Source: Candidatus Uhrbacteria bacterium GW2011_GWC2_41_11 (GTDB taxonomy: Bacteria; Patescibacteriota; Patescibacteriia; UBA9934; GWF2-40-263). Taken from it: a DNA stretch of 64,000 nt. Shown piece by piece: positions 21,335-33,681 of this stretch. Position numbers and translations under genes: made by a program. The stretch is taken from positions 4,228 through 68,227 of the forward strand of contig LCAH01000003.1 in NCBI GenBank assembly GCA_000996355.1, read 5' to 3'. How positions within the stretch are numbered: the stretch's first letter is position 1; every line of letters begins with the position of its first letter. The notes beneath the pieces are model-generated. The model was not told where the DNA came from and made no database searches. It was given only the letters and a program-made list of their open reading frames with translations.

Positions 21335-21796
21335 ATGAATCTGACTTTCCTGGAAACATGTTTTCGTCTCATCCTTGCAACGATTTTGTGCGGGGTTATT
21401 GGATATGAACGTGAGTATCGGCACAAACCAGCAGGTATCCGAACAAACATGCTTGTGGGATTAGGGACAGCAACCATGACTATTGTTTCCATCGAAATTA
21501 CCCAATTTGCCGGACCATCAAATGTGATAGATATTTCTCGGATTGCGTCAACAATTCTCACTGGGATTGGTTTTATTGGAGCAGGAACTATCATCCATTC
21601 TCATGACGGGGTCAAAGGATTGACCACTGCGGCGAGCATTTGGGTGGTTGCCGCAATTGGATTGGCTGTGGGAATGGGATTTTATCTTCTTGCGAGTATC
21701 ACCACGATTCTAGCCTTGATCACATTAGCCGTGATCCGAAAATTCCCTATTTCGGAAGAAAAATCTGAAGGAAAAGAGGAAAAAATGCCTGGGTAG
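21335..21796 (+). CDS. mgtC: MgtC/SapB-family membrane protein
   Basis: GYEREYRHKPAGIRTNMLVGLG...ILTGIGFIGAGTII...GLTTAASIWVVAAIGLAVGMGFY matches the MgtC N-domain consensus. The 3' end overlaps tRNA-Phe by ~10 nt. No obvious SD. Confidence 0.65.
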   Translation: MNLTFLETCFRLILATILCGVIGYEREYRHKPAGIRTNMLVGLGTATMTIVSIEITQFAGPSNVIDISRIASTILTGIGFIGAGTIIHSHDGVKGLTTAASIWVVAAIGLAVGMGFYLLASITTILALITLAVIRKFPISEEKSEGKEEKMPG

Positions 21797-21861
21797 CTCA
21801 GTGGTAGAGCAGAGGACTGAAAATCCTCGTGTCGTCAGTTCAATTCTGACCCCAGGCACCA
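21787..21861 (+). tRNA. tRNA-Phe (anticodon GAA), CCA encoded
   Basis: gcctgggtagctcagtggtagagcagaggactGAAaatcctcgtgtcgtcagttcaattctgaccccaggcacca. Confidence 0.9.
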
Positions 21862-21947
21862 TGAAAAATACTGTTTAAAGCAGTGTTTTTTCATTTATGT
21901 TATACTTTTCTTATCTTTCATCATTTTCCGTTCACGGAAGAAATTTT

Positions 21948-23087
21948 ATGCGTTCTCTTTCTTTTTTTCTTTGTTTCATTTCCATTATTCTCTTTCCTCT
22001 TTCCACCCACGCACAAGAAGGATCTGACGCGTATGCAGATAGTGTTTATCAGGCGTCCAACCAGGTCTATCAACCTGAAAGTGCTCTTGGAGCTCCAGAC
22101 GGTTCCTATGCCCAATTTCTTGAGCGTGACGCTTCGCTCATTCTTGATATGGGAGCAGAAGAACGTGGAATAGGAGACCTTATCTTCACCTATCAAGTAT
22201 TGAACTTTGGGGCATCATATCGTGTTGAATTTCTCAATGAAGATTTTGAAAAACTTCAAACTTCCGGAGCTATTCTTTCCACCTATGATGCAACAACAAC
22301 CATTTCTTATACTGCAGGACTTCCGTATCGATATGTCCGAGTGACAAGTACAGAAGAAGATGTTTGGAAATTGGATAATATTCAAGCTGTTACTTATGAA
22401 ATTCCAGAAGAAATTCAAGAACAACCTCAATTACCAGACACTTCTCAAACAACAGAAGAGCCAGTAGTAACTAATCCAAGTCAAGGACTTCTTCTTAAAC
22501 TTCCAGATGATGGAGATGTAACAACCCAAAATGATTCTGCTGTTTATACGATTGGATCTGATGGAAAAAGACACGGCTTTCCAACAACCACATCTTTTCA
22601 ATCTTGGTGGAAAAATTTTAGTGAAATAGAACTTATTGATTCTGTTCACATGTCCGAATACGAACTTGGAAAAAATGTCGTCATCCGACCAGGAACATAT
22701 CTTGTTAAAATTGTTTCAGATCCAAAAGTATATGCGGTTGAACCTGGTGGAATCCTTCGTTGGGTGACAACGGAAGAAATTGCTCGCTCACTTTATGGTG
22801 ATCAATGGACAAAGCGTGTGGTAGATATCCCTGATGCATTTTTTACAGACTACGAAATAGGAGCGCCTATTGAGACAGCTGTTCACCCATCTGGAACAGT
22901 TGGAGTTCTCACATCTGGCAAAGTTATTTATTTACAAAATGGACTTTCTTACAATATTCCGGGCGATGTTTATCAATCCATGCGTTTCGAATCTAACTTT
23001 CTTGTTGCTCTTTCTCAGGAAACAATGGATTTGTATGTAGATGCTGGAAATCTCACAAATGATCCAACCGTCCAATTTCCATTTTAA
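21948..23087 (+). CDS. hypothetical secreted protein
   Basis: Signal peptide MRSLSFFLCFISIILFPLSTHA. About 380 aa, with no recognisable domain. Confidence 0.45.
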   Translation: MRSLSFFLCFISIILFPLSTHAQEGSDAYADSVYQASNQVYQPESALGAPDGSYAQFLERDASLILDMGAEERGIGDLIFTYQVLNFGASYRVEFLNEDFEKLQTSGAILSTYDATTTISYTAGLPYRYVRVTSTEEDVWKLDNIQAVTYEIPEEIQEQPQLPDTSQTTEEPVVTNPSQGLLLKLPDDGDVTTQNDSAVYTIGSDGKRHGFPTTTSFQSWWKNFSEIELIDSVHMSEYELGKNVVIRPGTYLVKIVSDPKVYAVEPGGILRWVTTEEIARSLYGDQWTKRVVDIPDAFFTDYEIGAPIETAVHPSGTVGVLTSGKVIYLQNGLSYNIPGDVYQSMRFESNFLVALSQETMDLYVDAGNLTNDPTVQFPF

Positions 23088-23500
23088 AAAATAGGAAAAA
23101 TCCACCTCAAAAGAGGTGGATTTTTTGGATAGAGATTTAATCATTTGAAAAATTTCTTTTTTTAAATCACCTAAGTCATTTTCACAAATTTTTTGAATAG
23201 ATTCCCATTTAAGATCTATCACTTCATCGTCATGAACTTGATCGTTTGTTTTTAAAATAATTTCATTCGTTTTGCATTCATAGAAAAATAAAAAAGTATG
23301 CATGGCTTCATCTGTTGGCTCATAATAGATTCTCCAGGATTGATTCCTCCGCCTGGAAACCAGATTTTGCCATTACTTTTATTTCGACAAATGCATATTT
23401 TATTTTCATTGAGAATAAAACCATATACACTTGGTCGAAAGACAAATTTTTTCTTAGGTAATGAGACAAATTTTCCAAAATTATTTTTACAAGTAATCAT
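22932..23500 (-). pseudogene. Nudix-hydrolase-like gene, frame-disrupted and Nudix box degenerate
   Basis: ORF 23252..23500 carries the Nudix N-terminus (IWFPGGGINPGES). The C-terminal-like part (DEVIDLKWESIQKICENDL) is in another frame in ORF 22932..23303. The REx2EE part of the box is missing. Confidence 0.3.
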
Positions 23501-23564
23501 AGAAAAGTTATTCCATCCATTTTTAGTATAAACAAAAATAACCGCTTTAGGCGATTATTTTTAA

Positions 23565-23640
23565 TGGTCGGGCCGGTGGGACTTGAACCCACGGCCTCCT
23601 GGTCCCAAACCAGGCGCTCTACCTACTGAGCTACGGCCCG
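23565..23640 (-). tRNA. tRNA-Pro (anticodon UGG)
   Basis: Reverse complement cgggccgtagctcagtaggtagagcgcctggtttTGGgaccagg...cccaccggcccgacca. Confidence 0.85.
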
Positions 23641-23725
23641 AAAAACAAAAAGATTGTAACAGAAAGGTGGAAAAAAACAAGATTGACCTGTCAAAAAAGA
23701 TCCTCTACAGTATCCATGCTTATTT

Positions 23726-24604
23726 TTGTTTATGAAAAGCTTTTTTTTCTCGTTTTTAATTATTGTGGCAATTACCTTGCCAATTTTTGCTTTTGCATCA
23801 GATTCTATTCATTCTGGCACAGATGAATATTTACGTTCTATAGGTTTTACGAACGAAGAACTTTCTTCACGTGTTAAAACTGAAGATAGAGAACCATTTC
23901 TTATCGCGGAAGGAGAAAAAAACATTGCAGATCCTCTTGGAGATGTCTTAAGTCGTTGGGGTACAACATCTGATATATCTTTCTCCTGGGCAGATATTGA
24001 ATCCGTACAACTCCATCAAGACGAGGAAGCACACATGTGGATTTTTTCCATCCAACTTGCTGAAACTATTCCATCAAAACCTGAAGCAAAAGTAAATTTT
24101 CTTTTGTATGTTGATCATGATAGAACAAAAGAAAATAATGATGAAAAAGGAGTGCATGAAGGTGTTGATCAAGAATATTCGATTGTTTGGAATAACAAAG
24201 ATGTTTGGTATGTAGATTTTCGTTGGTTTAATCCAGACGCAAAATTTTGGGCTATTAATCAAGATACAAAAGCCACATTTGTTTTTCATGAACGTTCTTT
24301 AGTTGTAAAAATTCCATTTGAAGAAATAGGGACGGATATGTTACCACGTTGGCGTGTCGCTATAGCCGCAAGTAATAAGGAATCAACACAAATCGATGTT
24401 GCTCCAACTATTGGTTTTCCTCCACCAAAAGGAACAACATATCCGACAAGTGATTTTATTGTGTTTCCAGAAAAAACAGAAAACTCAAATTCAAAATGGC
24501 AAATTTCTCGTCAAATGATTTTGATTATCGTTCTTATAGTTATAGGGATTGATGTTAGTTTATTTGTTGTTTTTAAAAGAAAAACTAAGAAGAATGATAT
24601 ATAA
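23726..24604 (+). CDS. hypothetical secreted protein with C-terminal TM anchor
   Basis: Signal peptide, an acidic ~240-aa domain, then a hydrophobic helix and a KRKTKKNDI tail. Confidence 0.45.
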   Translation: MFMKSFFFSFLIIVAITLPIFAFASDSIHSGTDEYLRSIGFTNEELSSRVKTEDREPFLIAEGEKNIADPLGDVLSRWGTTSDISFSWADIESVQLHQDEEAHMWIFSIQLAETIPSKPEAKVNFLLYVDHDRTKENNDEKGVHEGVDQEYSIVWNNKDVWYVDFRWFNPDAKFWAINQDTKATFVFHERSLVVKIPFEEIGTDMLPRWRVAIAASNKESTQIDVAPTIGFPPPKGTTYPTSDFIVFPEKTENSNSKWQISRQMILIIVLIVIGIDVSLFVVFKRKTKKNDI

Positions 24605-24661
24605 TCACGACCTCTTGCCAAAATCACTTGTTATTTCTATAATTATCCCGCCGTGAGAAAT

Positions 24662-24736
24662 GCGGGTATCGTATAGCGGCTATTATCTCAGTTTTCCAAA
24701 CTGATGATGCGGGTTCGACTCCCGCTACCCGCTCCA
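24662..24736 (+). tRNA. tRNA-Gly (anticodon UCC), CCA encoded
   Basis: gcgggtatcgtatagcggctattatctcagttTCCaaactgatgatgcgggttcgactcccgctacccgctcca. Confidence 0.8.
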
Positions 24737-24777
24737 AAAAGTCCTGAAGGAATCCTTTGGGATTTTTTGTTTCTCTT

Positions 24778-25260
24778 TTATTTTCTCATGGTCGAGGCAG
24801 CCAGAGCGATTGCAAGTGCATCTGCCGCATCATCCGGTTTTGGAATACGTGCAAGACCAAGAAGTTGTTTGACCATTCGTTGAACAGCGGCTTTATTTGC
24901 TTTACCATCTCCAGTCAGAGAAGACTTCACTTGATTTGGAGTGAATTCCATCAAAGGAATTCCATTCTGTGCAGCAAGCAAGAGAATCACTCCACGCGCT
25001 TGTGCAACTTGAATACCTGTTTTCTGATTATTCGTAAAATAAAGCTGTTCCACAGCCATAAGGTCTGGCTTGGATTCAATAATTACAGCCTGTAAATCCT
25101 CTGCAAGCATAACAAGTCGAGATCCAAAATCTTTTATGGTTGGGGTCGTGATTACTCCAAAATCTAATGTTTCAATTCCAGATGGTTCAATGCTAAGAAC
25201 AGCAAAACCTGTACGTCCAAATCCTGGATCGATACCAAGAATACGTTTCACATGTTTCAT
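24778..25260 (-). CDS. ruvC: Holliday junction resolvase RuvC
   Basis: N-terminal ILGIDPGFGRTGFAV, the characteristic RuvC N-terminal motif. 160 aa. Confidence 0.9.
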   Translation of the reverse strand: MKHVKRILGIDPGFGRTGFAVLSIEPSGIETLDFGVITTPTIKDFGSRLVMLAEDLQAVIIESKPDLMAVEQLYFTNNQKTGIQVAQARGVILLLAAQNGIPLMEFTPNQVKSSLTGDGKANKAAVQRMVKQLLGLARIPKPDDAADALAIALAASTMRK

Positions 25261-25263
25261 AGA

Positions 25264-25989
25264 TCAAGCTTGATTGGTATAAATGGCATCTACATCTTCG
25301 TTATCTTCAAGAACATCTATAAACTGTTCCATTTGTTTTTGCACATCTGGATCTGTTATTTGAACTTCATCTTTTGCAAGATATTCTATTCCAAAATGAT
25401 CTGGTCTCCACCCATGTTTTTCTGCCATATCCAAAATCTTTTTTAAATTTTTTCCATCACAAATAATCTGAATTCCCTCTTCGGAGGAGAAAAAATCTTC
25501 TGCTCCAGCCTCAATCATAATCAATTCAAAAGTTTCCTGATCAGATGAGAAAGCACTTTTCAAAAAAGACACAACTCCTTTTTTTTCAAACATCCACATC
25601 ATACTTCCAGCTGCACCTACGGTTCCTCCATTTTTTGAAACAATCATTTTAATATTTGCAACGGTACGATTACGATTATCTGTCACACACAAAACAAGAA
25701 ATGCAATGCCTCCCGGACCAAACCCCTCATATATCACTTCTTCCAGAGCTATTTCTCCTCCGCTACCGAGTCCGCGAGCAATCGCACGATCAATATTATC
25801 TTTTGGCACACTGATCGCCTTTGCCATATCAACCGCCATTCGAAGTTTAAAATTAAACAAAGAATCACTTCCACCTTCTTTAACAGCCATGGTGATATTT
25901 TTTGTGATCTTTGCAAAGACATTTGCTTTTTTTGCATCTGCTTTCCCTTTTTTTAATTGAATATTATGCCAATGAGAATGTCTTGCCAT
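25264..25989 (-). CDS. yebC: YebC/PmpR-family DNA-binding regulator
   Basis: MARHSHWHNIQLKKGKADAKK... start at 25989. Classic yebC-ruvC arrangement. Confidence 0.85.
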   Translation of the reverse strand: MARHSHWHNIQLKKGKADAKKANVFAKITKNITMAVKEGGSDSLFNFKLRMAVDMAKAISVPKDNIDRAIARGLGSGGEIALEEVIYEGFGPGGIAFLVLCVTDNRNRTVANIKMIVSKNGGTVGAAGSMMWMFEKKGVVSFLKSAFSSDQETFELIMIEAGAEDFFSSEEGIQIICDGKNLKKILDMAEKHGWRPDHFGIEYLAKDEVQITDPDVQKQMEQFIDVLEDNEDVDAIYTNQA

Positions 25990-26086
25990 AAATAATATCA
26001 ATCGAAAATCAAAGTCATAGTACTGGTTTTTTTGCTCTTTGTCGAATGAAAAAAGGACCGTTTGAGCGGTCCTTTTTTCTCTCTTT

Positions 26087-29000
26087 TTAACCATTCTCAT
26101 TTTCTTGTGCAGAAGCTACTACCTCTTCTATCGGAGATTTCAACACCTCTTCATCTTCACACGCATGCATAAATCCTGTTCCTGCTGGAATAAGGTGTCC
26201 AATAATAACATTTTCTTTCAATCCGGCCAAACGATCAACTTTTCCCGTCACAGACGCATTGATGAGAACACGTGCTGTTTCCTGAAAAGAAGCAGAGGAA
26301 AGCCAAGACTCTGTTGAAAGAGACACTCTCGTAATTCCAAGAAAAATCTGTTCACAGGTCGCTTCACGTTTTCCTGTCGTACGAGCCTGATAATTTTCAT
26401 CAAGATATGTTGCTTTTTCTACAACTTCGCTTGGCAACAAATCTGTATCACCCGGATCTTCAACACGTACACGACTAAACATTTGTCGAATAATGACCTC
26501 GACGTGCTTATTATTTACTTTCTGTCCTTGAGATGCATACACAAACTGAATTTCTTTGGATAGATATCGCTGCACAGCATTCTGACCCTTGTATTTAAAC
26601 AAGACTTGAAGATCTAAATTTCCGTCTGTAAGCGGCTGACCAGCAATAACCTCGTCTCCATCTTTTACGCGCAAAGAATATCCTGGCGGAATAATGTATT
26701 CACGAGCTCGTTCGGCTTCAAAAATTGTTTTTACAATTCCCTTCTCTACTTTCACCACTCCAGCCTTATCTGCAAGAATCTTTGTTCCATCTGTTTTTAT
26801 AGCAAGAACATCTCCTGCACGAACTTGATCACCTTCCTTCACTTTAAACTCAGAACTCTTTCCAACAGCTGTGGCTTCTTCTTCCATACTTGCATAAAGA
26901 ATGCGTATGATTTTTTGTCCCGATCGCGTATCCATGATTTGTTTTCCTGTTCCCACTTGAACAACTTCGCGTCCTGTCTGTTCAATCTGAACACGACCAG
27001 AAACTTCAGACATTACCGCTTTTTGTTTTGGGTTTCGTGCTTCGAACAATTCTTCCACACGTGGCAACCCTTGCGTAATATCTTTTCCAGCCACACCTCC
27101 CGTATGGAATGTACGCATTGTCAGCTGTGTTCCAGGTTCCCCAATGGATTGGGCTGCCATAATTCCAACAGCCGTCCCGAGTTTCACAAGATGATTATAG
27201 GCAAGATCATATCCATAACATTGCTGACAAACTCCACGACGTGACTGACAGGTCAAGACAGATCGAACATGCGCTTCTTCAAGTTCTTTATCTCCAGCTT
27301 CCAATGCACGAATATGTTTTTCTGTAATCAAATCGTTGGCTTTCACAAGTACTTTGCGTGTTCCCGGCATTTTGATATCGGACAAAGCAACACGTCCAAG
27401 AATACGAATAAGCAGCGCTTCACCGATTTCATCAGATTCTTCTTTTGTTAAAACAACTCCTTCAGTGTCTCCACAATCCACTTCTCGAACAACCACGTCC
27501 TGAGCCACATCCACAAGACGACGTGTAAGATATCCAGCATTTGCGGTACGTAAAGCCGTATCTGTCAATCCTTTACGCACCCCGTGACTGGAAATGAAAA
27601 ATTCGAGAACATCAAATCCCTCTTTAAAAGATCGTTTTACAGGAAGTTCAATAATTTCACCTGCTGGGTTAGCCACAAGACCTTTCATACCGACCGTCTG
27701 TGTCAGCTGACCCCAAGAACCACGAGCTCCAGATTCAATCATAGTAAACACCGGTCCTTCTTTTGGAAGAGCTGTACGTGCCATTTCTGCCACTTTATCT
27801 TTAACCTCGTTCCAAATTTTTACAACAGAATTGTGACGTTCTGCTTGAGTTAAAAGACCTTGATCAAAATAATCTTGTACTTCACGAATCCGATGATCTC
27901 CTTCTTCTAACACTTCGTGTTTTGCATCCAAACTCGGCAAATTACCCATACCCCAGGAATAACTGAGAAGAGTTGCATAATTAAAACAAAGATCTTTGAT
28001 TCGATCGAGCACTTCTGCTGTACGTTCTTGTCCATTCCACTCAATAGCCAAACGAATAACAGCCGCAAATTCTTTACGCCCAAGTGCCTGGTTCATATAC
28101 TTGATTTCCGCAGGCAATGTCCGATTCACTAAGATACGTCCAACGGTTGTTGTCACAAGTTCTTTACTGTCTTCTCCATCCTTCAACGGACCACGGACAC
28201 GAACCCATTCACGCAATCCAACATTTCCCGTTTCGTATGCATATAAAAGATCACTTGCACTCGCAAATACACGCATGACTTTTTCATCTGGCTCTCCAAG
28301 AGATGAAGTCATAATATAAGCCGTCCATACAAGGTCACGGCTTGGTGTGGCCACAGGTGCCCCATGGGCTGGTTTTAACAAGTTACGACTTGCAAGCATG
28401 AGTTCTGCGGCTTCATGTTTCGCTTCTTCTGTTAATGGAACATGGACAGCCATCTGGTCACCATCGAAATCTGCATTATAGGCATCACACACAAGCGGGT
28501 GAACCTGCAAAGCTTTTCCTTCAATCAAAATCGGCTGAAAGGCTTGAATACCAAGACGGTGCAGTGTAGGTGCACGGTTCAGAAGAACATACGCATCCTT
28601 TGTAATTTCTTCCAAAATATCCCATGTTTCAGGACGATCACTTTCAATAAATCGGTTGGCTGAACGAATATTATGGACGTATTCACGTTGAATGAGTTTT
28701 GCAATGACAAATGGTCTAAAAAGTTCAAGAGCCATGGTCTTCGGAATACCGCATTGGTTCATTTTAAGATGCGGTCCGACCACAATCACGGAACGACCAG
28801 AATAGTCGATACGTTTTCCAAGCAAATTTTGACGAAATCGTCCTTGTTTTCCTTTCAAAAAGTCTGCAAGAGATTTTAACTGACGTTTCTTTCCTGTGGC
28901 AGCAATCACTGTTTTTGAATGACGCGCGCTGTTGTCAAACAAAGAATCAACCGCTTCTTGCAACATGCGTTTTTCATTGCGAGCAATCACTTCTGGAGCA

Positions 29001-30058
29001 TTCAATTCCCGAAGACGACGCAAACGATTATTACGGTTAATGACGCGCCGATATAAATCGTTCAAATCAGAGGTAGCAAAACGTCCTCCATCAAGCGGAA
29101 CCATTGGACGCAAATCTGGAGGAATAATAGGAATAACCTGAAGAACCATCCATTCTGGACGGATATCATTTTTAAACAAGGCTTTCAACAATTTTAATCG
29201 ACGCATGACACGATCACGTTTAGCTCCAACGGCTTTTTCAAGCACTGTTTCTAATTCTTTAATGGTTGCTTCCAAATTTAATCGCGCCAAAAGGGAACGA
29301 ACAGCACCTGCTCCAATATCTGCATCAAAAATATGACCATACTTCAAAGACCAGTCATGATAAGTTGCTTCTGCAATCACTTTCAATGGTTTTAATTCTT
29401 TGAGTTCACGATCAACCGTCACAAAATCTTCTTCCAATTCCTCAAGTTTTCGATCGCGAATAGAAGCAAGGTGTTCCATTTCTTCTTTCATCTTTTTCTC
29501 ATCTCCTGCAAATTTTTGCGAAAGACGTTCTATATCACGCTGATACTCACCTTCGATCATTTTCTTTTTTGCTTTGTATTCCTGTTTGACCTGTTCAATC
29601 GTCTGTTCACGAGCCATTTCATTCACGTCTGTAATGATATAACTCGCAAAATAAATAACTTTTTCCAAAGCCTGTACAGACATTTCAAGCACAGTTCCAA
29701 TTTTGCTCGGAAGACCGCGTAGGAACCAGATATGCGTTACAGGAGCTGCGAGCTCAATGTGACCCATGCGTTCGCGTCGAACAATAGAATGTGTGACCTC
29801 AACACCACACTTGTCACACACAATGCCTTTATATCGAATCTTTTTATATTTTCCACAATAACATTCCCAGTCTTTTGACGGTCCAAAAATCTCTTCAGCA
29901 AACAATCCATGTTTTTCTGGTTTCTGAGTTCGATAGTTAATGGTTTCTGGTTTGGAAACTTCACCATAAGACCACGAGCGAACATCCTCAGGAGAAGCAA
30001 GACGTAATCGAATCGAATCGAAATCTGTCGTTTTTAACGTGTCCATTTTCTGAAACAT
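26087..30058 (-). CDS. rpoC: DNA-directed RNA polymerase subunit beta'
   Basis: 1323 aa. [12 protein letters not shown] catalytic motif and N-terminal zinc-binding cysteines. Confidence 0.95.
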   Translation of the reverse strand: MFQKMDTLKTTDFDSIRLRLASPEDVRSWSYGEVSKPETINYRTQKPEKHGLFAEEIFGPSKDWECYCGKYKKIRYKGIVCDKCGVEVTHSIVRRERMGHIELAAPVTHIWFLRGLPSKIGTVLEMSVQALEKVIYFASYIITDVNEMAREQTIEQVKQEYKAKKKMIEGEYQRDIERLSQKFAGDEKKMKEEMEHLASIRDRKLEELEEDFVTVDRELKELKPLKVIAEATYHDWSLKYGHIFDADIGAGAVRSLLARLNLEATIKELETVLEKAVGAKRDRVMRRLKLLKALFKNDIRPEWMVLQVIPIIPPDLRPMVPLDGGRFATSDLNDLYRRVINRNNRLRRLRELNAPEVIARNEKRMLQEAVDSLFDNSARHSKTVIAATGKKRQLKSLADFLKGKQGRFRQNLLGKRIDYSGRSVIVVGPHLKMNQCGIPKTMALELFRPFVIAKLIQREYVHNIRSANRFIESDRPETWDILEEITKDAYVLLNRAPTLHRLGIQAFQPILIEGKALQVHPLVCDAYNADFDGDQMAVHVPLTEEAKHEAAELMLASRNLLKPAHGAPVATPSRDLVWTAYIMTSSLGEPDEKVMRVFASASDLLYAYETGNVGLREWVRVRGPLKDGEDSKELVTTTVGRILVNRTLPAEIKYMNQALGRKEFAAVIRLAIEWNGQERTAEVLDRIKDLCFNYATLLSYSWGMGNLPSLDAKHEVLEEGDHRIREVQDYFDQGLLTQAERHNSVVKIWNEVKDKVAEMARTALPKEGPVFTMIESGARGSWGQLTQTVGMKGLVANPAGEIIELPVKRSFKEGFDVLEFFISSHGVRKGLTDTALRTANAGYLTRRLVDVAQDVVVREVDCGDTEGVVLTKEESDEIGEALLIRILGRVALSDIKMPGTRKVLVKANDLITEKHIRALEAGDKELEEAHVRSVLTCQSRRGVCQQCYGYDLAYNHLVKLGTAVGIMAAQSIGEPGTQLTMRTFHTGGVAGKDITQGLPRVEELFEARNPKQKAVMSEVSGRVQIEQTGREVVQVGTGKQIMDTRSGQKIIRILYASMEEEATAVGKSSEFKVKEGDQVRAGDVLAIKTDGTKILADKAGVVKVEKGIVKTIFEAERAREYIIPPGYSLRVKDGDEVIAGQPLTDGNLDLQVLFKYKGQNAVQRYLSKEIQFVYASQGQKVNNKHVEVIIRQMFSRVRVEDPGDTDLLPSEVVEKATYLDENYQARTTGKREATCEQIFLGITRVSLSTESWLSSASFQETARVLINASVTGKVDRLAGLKENVIIGHLIPAGTGFMHACEDEEVLKSPIEEVVASAQENENG

Positions 30059-30094
30059 ACGAGGAGAAATTTAATGGAAAGAAAGAAAAAATAT

Positions 30095-33000
30095 TTATGA
30101 TTCTTTCTTCTTTACATTCTTTTCTTCGACAAGGTCGACTTTCTTGCCGTTTTTCAGGAGTTCTACTCCCAAACCTAATCCTTTCAATTCTCTCAACAAT
30201 ACATTAAAGGATTCTGGAATATTTACCTTTCTAATCGGTTCTCCTTTAATAATAGATTCGTACGCTTTACTGCGTCCAGGCACATCATCAGATTTAATAG
30301 TCAAAATTTCCTGCAACATATGGGATGCTCCGTATGCCTCCAAAGCCCAAACTTCCATTTCTCCAAAACGCTGTCCTCCGAATTGTGCTTTTCCTCCAAG
30401 TGGCTGCTGTGTAATAAGCGAGTATGGACCAATGGAACGTTGGTGAATTTTATCTTCAACCATGTGAATGAGTTTCAAGACATACATATACCCAACAGTC
30501 ACAAGATTTCTGAATGCTTCTCCAGTGCGACCATCAAAAAGTTCCAATTGTCCTGTTTCTGGGAATCCTGCTCGCACCAATTCTTCACGAATCTGATTTT
30601 CTGTGACCCCGTTCAAGACAGGTGTTGCCACATGATAACCCAATGCGTTTGCAGCCAATCCAAGATGTGTTTCAAGAATCTGTCCAAGGTTCATACGAGA
30701 AACAACACCGAGTGGAGTCAAAATCACGTCAATCAATGTTCCATCTTTCAAAAATGGCATGTCCTGCATTGGAACAACTTTTGAAATAACCCCTTTGTTT
30801 CCGTGACGTCCAGCAACCTTGTCTCCGACCTGAACTTTACGAAGATCAGCAACAGAAACTTGAATGGTTTTAATCACACCTGGAGGCAATTTGTCTCCGG
30901 CTTCACGAGAAAAGATTTTAATATCGACAACCTTGCCCCGTTCACCATGTTCAAGATAGAGAGAAGAGTCGCGTACATCACGAGCTTTTTCTCCAAAAAT
31001 TGCACGAAGTAATTTTTCTTCTGCAGATAATTCTGTTTCTCCTTTTGGCGTAATTTTTCCAACAAGAATATCTCCGGATTTTACTTCGGCTCCAATGCGG
31101 ACAATACCTTCCATGTCTAAATTTTTGAGTTTTTCTTCAGAGACATTCGGAATATCTGCAGTCACAACTTCTGGTCCGAGCTTTGTGTCGCGTACATCAA
31201 CGGTATAGTGTTCAATATGAACAGAAGTAAATCGATCGTCATGTACAAGACGTTCATTGATGATAACCGCGTCTTCATAATTGAATCCGTTCCAAATCAT
31301 GAATGCAACCAGTACGTTCTGACCAAGAGCAAGTTCGCCTTTATCAACCGCAGCCGAATCAGCAATCACATCTCCACGCTTAATTTTTTGTCCGGGCAAG
31401 ACATTTGGACGCTGGTTCAAACACGTTGAAGCATTACTGCGGAGAAATTTATTGAGATAATACGTAAAGACATTCTTTTTTGCATCTGTCACTTCAATGC
31501 GAGCTCCATCTACCGCAGAAACAACTCCATCTTGTTCTGCCACAATGACATGTCCTGAATCACGAGCCGCACGAAGTTCTGCTCCCGTTCCAATGATAGG
31601 TGCTTGAGGTTTAATCGTCGGAACTGCCTGACGTTGCATATTTGTTCCCATCAATGCACGTGTGGCATCATCATGTTCCAAAAATGGAATAAGCGCTGTT
31701 CCAATAGAAACGATTTGTGTTGATGAAACATCAACATAGTCTACTTCGACTGCCGGAACGATTTGCGGTTCTCCAAATTTACGAGCACTCACAAATTCTT
31801 GAAGAATATATCCGTCTTTGTCCATAGAAACAGTTGCAGGAACTGTCACACTCTTCTCTTCAATAAATGCGTTCAAATATTCAATTTCGTCTGTGACATG
31901 AACACGGACTTTTCCTTTTGCATCTTTTATCTTTTCAACCTTACGATAGGGAGTTTCAATAAACCCATATTTATTGATAATGGCATAACTGGCTAAATGA
32001 CCAACCAATCCGATGTTTGGTCCTTCTGGGGTCGCAATCGGACAGATACGACCATAATGGGTTGGATGCACATCACGAACTTCAAAACCGGCACGTTCAC
32101 GTGACAACCCACCTGGACCCATCGCAGAAAGACGACGTTTGTGTTCAAGTTCTGCAAGTGGGTTCGTTTGATCCATGAATTGAGAAAGCTGTGAAGACAT
32201 GAAAAACTCACGCACGGCTCCAATCACAGGTCGTGCGTTAATAAGACGCGCAGGACTGAGTGTTTCCAAATCCTGTGTTGACATGCGATCCTTAATGATT
32301 CGTTCCATACGTGCCAATCCAACGCGAAAACGACTCTGGATCAATTCACCAACCGCGCGCACGCGTCGATTTCCCAAATGATCAACATCATCCGGGTCTT
32401 CTTGGGTAATATTCAAACGAATAATCTCACGAATGATGGATACGAGATCTTCTTTATGCAAAATACGATTTTCTTCCGGACCAACGGCTTCATCGGATGC
32501 ATCAAAACCAAAACGAAGATTAAACTTATATCGACCAACCTTTCCCAAATCATACCGGTCGAAATTAAAAAACATGGAGTGGATGAGTTGACGAGCATTG
32601 TCCGGAGTCGCTAAATCACCAGGCCGAATACGTTTATATACTTCGATCAATCCACTGTCTTCATCTTTGGATGAATCCTTGTTCAAAGTTGCTTCAATAT
32701 ATCGATTCAATGGATGTGTATCTACATCTTCAAAAAGTTTCACAATTTCTTCGTCTGTTGGATATCCAAATGCACGCAAAAGCGCTGTAATGGCAACTTT
32801 GCGTTTTCGATCAATTTTTACCCAAATGACATTTTTCGGATCTGTTTCAAATTCCAACCAAGCACCACGATTCGGAATAATCTTTGCTCCATAATATCGG
32901 CGACCACGCTGAATTTCAGCAGTAAAAAAAGCTCCTGCAGAACGGACAAGCTGACTGACAATGACACGTTCAATACCATTGATCACAAATGTTCCACGTG

Positions 33001-33391
33001 GAGTCATAACCGGAAGGTCTCCCAAATAAATTTCCTGTTCCTTCACGGTATTATCGCGCTTATTTTGCAAACGAGTTTTAACCCGAAGTGGAGCTTCAAA
33101 CGTAATATTTTTTACCCGTGAAGTCATTTCATCAAATTTTGGCTCATCCAAATAATATTCCCCGAAAGATAATTCAAGATCACGACCAATAAAATCCTTA
33201 ATGGGAGTAATTTCATCAAACAGTTCTCGTAGACCTTCTTGTAAAAACCAACGATAGGAACGCAGCTGAACTTCGGTAAGGTCAGGAAGTTCAATGGCAT
33301 CTCGAGCCGCCGTAAATAAGCGACGTTCGTTTTCTTTAGGAGGAGTAAGCCGATAAATCATAGAAAAGCTGTAAAATGTCGAAGTTTGCAA
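30095..33391 (-). CDS. rpoB: DNA-directed RNA polymerase subunit beta
   Basis: 1098 aa with conserved beta-subunit regions throughout. The true start may be the ATG at 33361 (MIYRLTPP...). Confidence 0.95.
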   Translation of the reverse strand: MQTSTFYSFSMIYRLTPPKENERRLFTAARDAIELPDLTEVQLRSYRWFLQEGLRELFDEITPIKDFIGRDLELSFGEYYLDEPKFDEMTSRVKNITFEAPLRVKTRLQNKRDNTVKEQEIYLGDLPVMTPRGTFVINGIERVIVSQLVRSAGAFFTAEIQRGRRYYGAKIIPNRGAWLEFETDPKNVIWVKIDRKRKVAITALLRAFGYPTDEEIVKLFEDVDTHPLNRYIEATLNKDSSKDEDSGLIEVYKRIRPGDLATPDNARQLIHSMFFNFDRYDLGKVGRYKFNLRFGFDASDEAVGPEENRILHKEDLVSIIREIIRLNITQEDPDDVDHLGNRRVRAVGELIQSRFRVGLARMERIIKDRMSTQDLETLSPARLINARPVIGAVREFFMSSQLSQFMDQTNPLAELEHKRRLSAMGPGGLSRERAGFEVRDVHPTHYGRICPIATPEGPNIGLVGHLASYAIINKYGFIETPYRKVEKIKDAKGKVRVHVTDEIEYLNAFIEEKSVTVPATVSMDKDGYILQEFVSARKFGEPQIVPAVEVDYVDVSSTQIVSIGTALIPFLEHDDATRALMGTNMQRQAVPTIKPQAPIIGTGAELRAARDSGHVIVAEQDGVVSAVDGARIEVTDAKKNVFTYYLNKFLRSNASTCLNQRPNVLPGQKIKRGDVIADSAAVDKGELALGQNVLVAFMIWNGFNYEDAVIINERLVHDDRFTSVHIEHYTVDVRDTKLGPEVVTADIPNVSEEKLKNLDMEGIVRIGAEVKSGDILVGKITPKGETELSAEEKLLRAIFGEKARDVRDSSLYLEHGERGKVVDIKIFSREAGDKLPPGVIKTIQVSVADLRKVQVGDKVAGRHGNKGVISKVVPMQDMPFLKDGTLIDVILTPLGVVSRMNLGQILETHLGLAANALGYHVATPVLNGVTENQIREELVRAGFPETGQLELFDGRTGEAFRNLVTVGYMYVLKLIHMVEDKIHQRSIGPYSLITQQPLGGKAQFGGQRFGEMEVWALEAYGASHMLQEILTIKSDDVPGRSKAYESIIKGEPIRKVNIPESFNVLLRELKGLGLGVELLKNGKKVDLVEEKNVKKKES

Positions 33392-33406
33392 TTTTCAAAT
33401 AAAATG

Positions 33407-33446
33407 GTCACGAAAACAAAAAATCTCATCCCTTGAACAGGGATGA
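33407..33446 (-). promoter_or_regulatory. attenuator-like intrinsic terminator in rpoB leader
   Basis: Minus-strand hairpin tcatccctgttcaagggatga followed by gattttttgtttt, about 70 nt upstream of the rpoB start. Confidence 0.5.
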
Positions 33447-33651
33447 TGTTCTTTTATTGCCCATTGTGCCACAACTCCATGACGTCGAACAAATCGACCG
33501 TCAGAGTGGTTGTAGGATAGATCATCGCCACCATGTAAAACGTTATCGTTTTTAGCGCTGTTTTTTAAAAAAACAGTGACTGGTGGAGACAATACCCGGT
33601 AGACCATTCGGCCGGAAGCGGGGTATCGAAATTTTCTCCGTTGCGGAGTTG

Positions 33652-33681
33652 ATGATATCAGATTTTGTGTATAAGTGTCAA
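33652..33681 (-). promoter_or_regulatory. sigma70-type promoter of rpoBC operon
   Basis: Minus strand TTGACA, an 18-nt spacer, then TATCAT. Gives a ~290-nt structured, relatively GC-rich leader. Confidence 0.5.

Noticed and set aside
26087-33391. Alternative genetic code (UGA recoding, as in some candidate phyla)
   Set aside because: rpoB and rpoC (1098 and 1323 aa), polA and ftsK are uninterrupted under standard stops, and the proteins end where homologs end. Code 11 is sufficient.
33560-33640. SRP (4.5S) RNA candidate because of a ccggaag segment
   Set aside because: The symmetric-loop/GGAA-tetraloop helix 8 consensus (…GGUCCGGAAGGAAGCAGC…) is not reproduced. The region is better explained as the rpoB leader.
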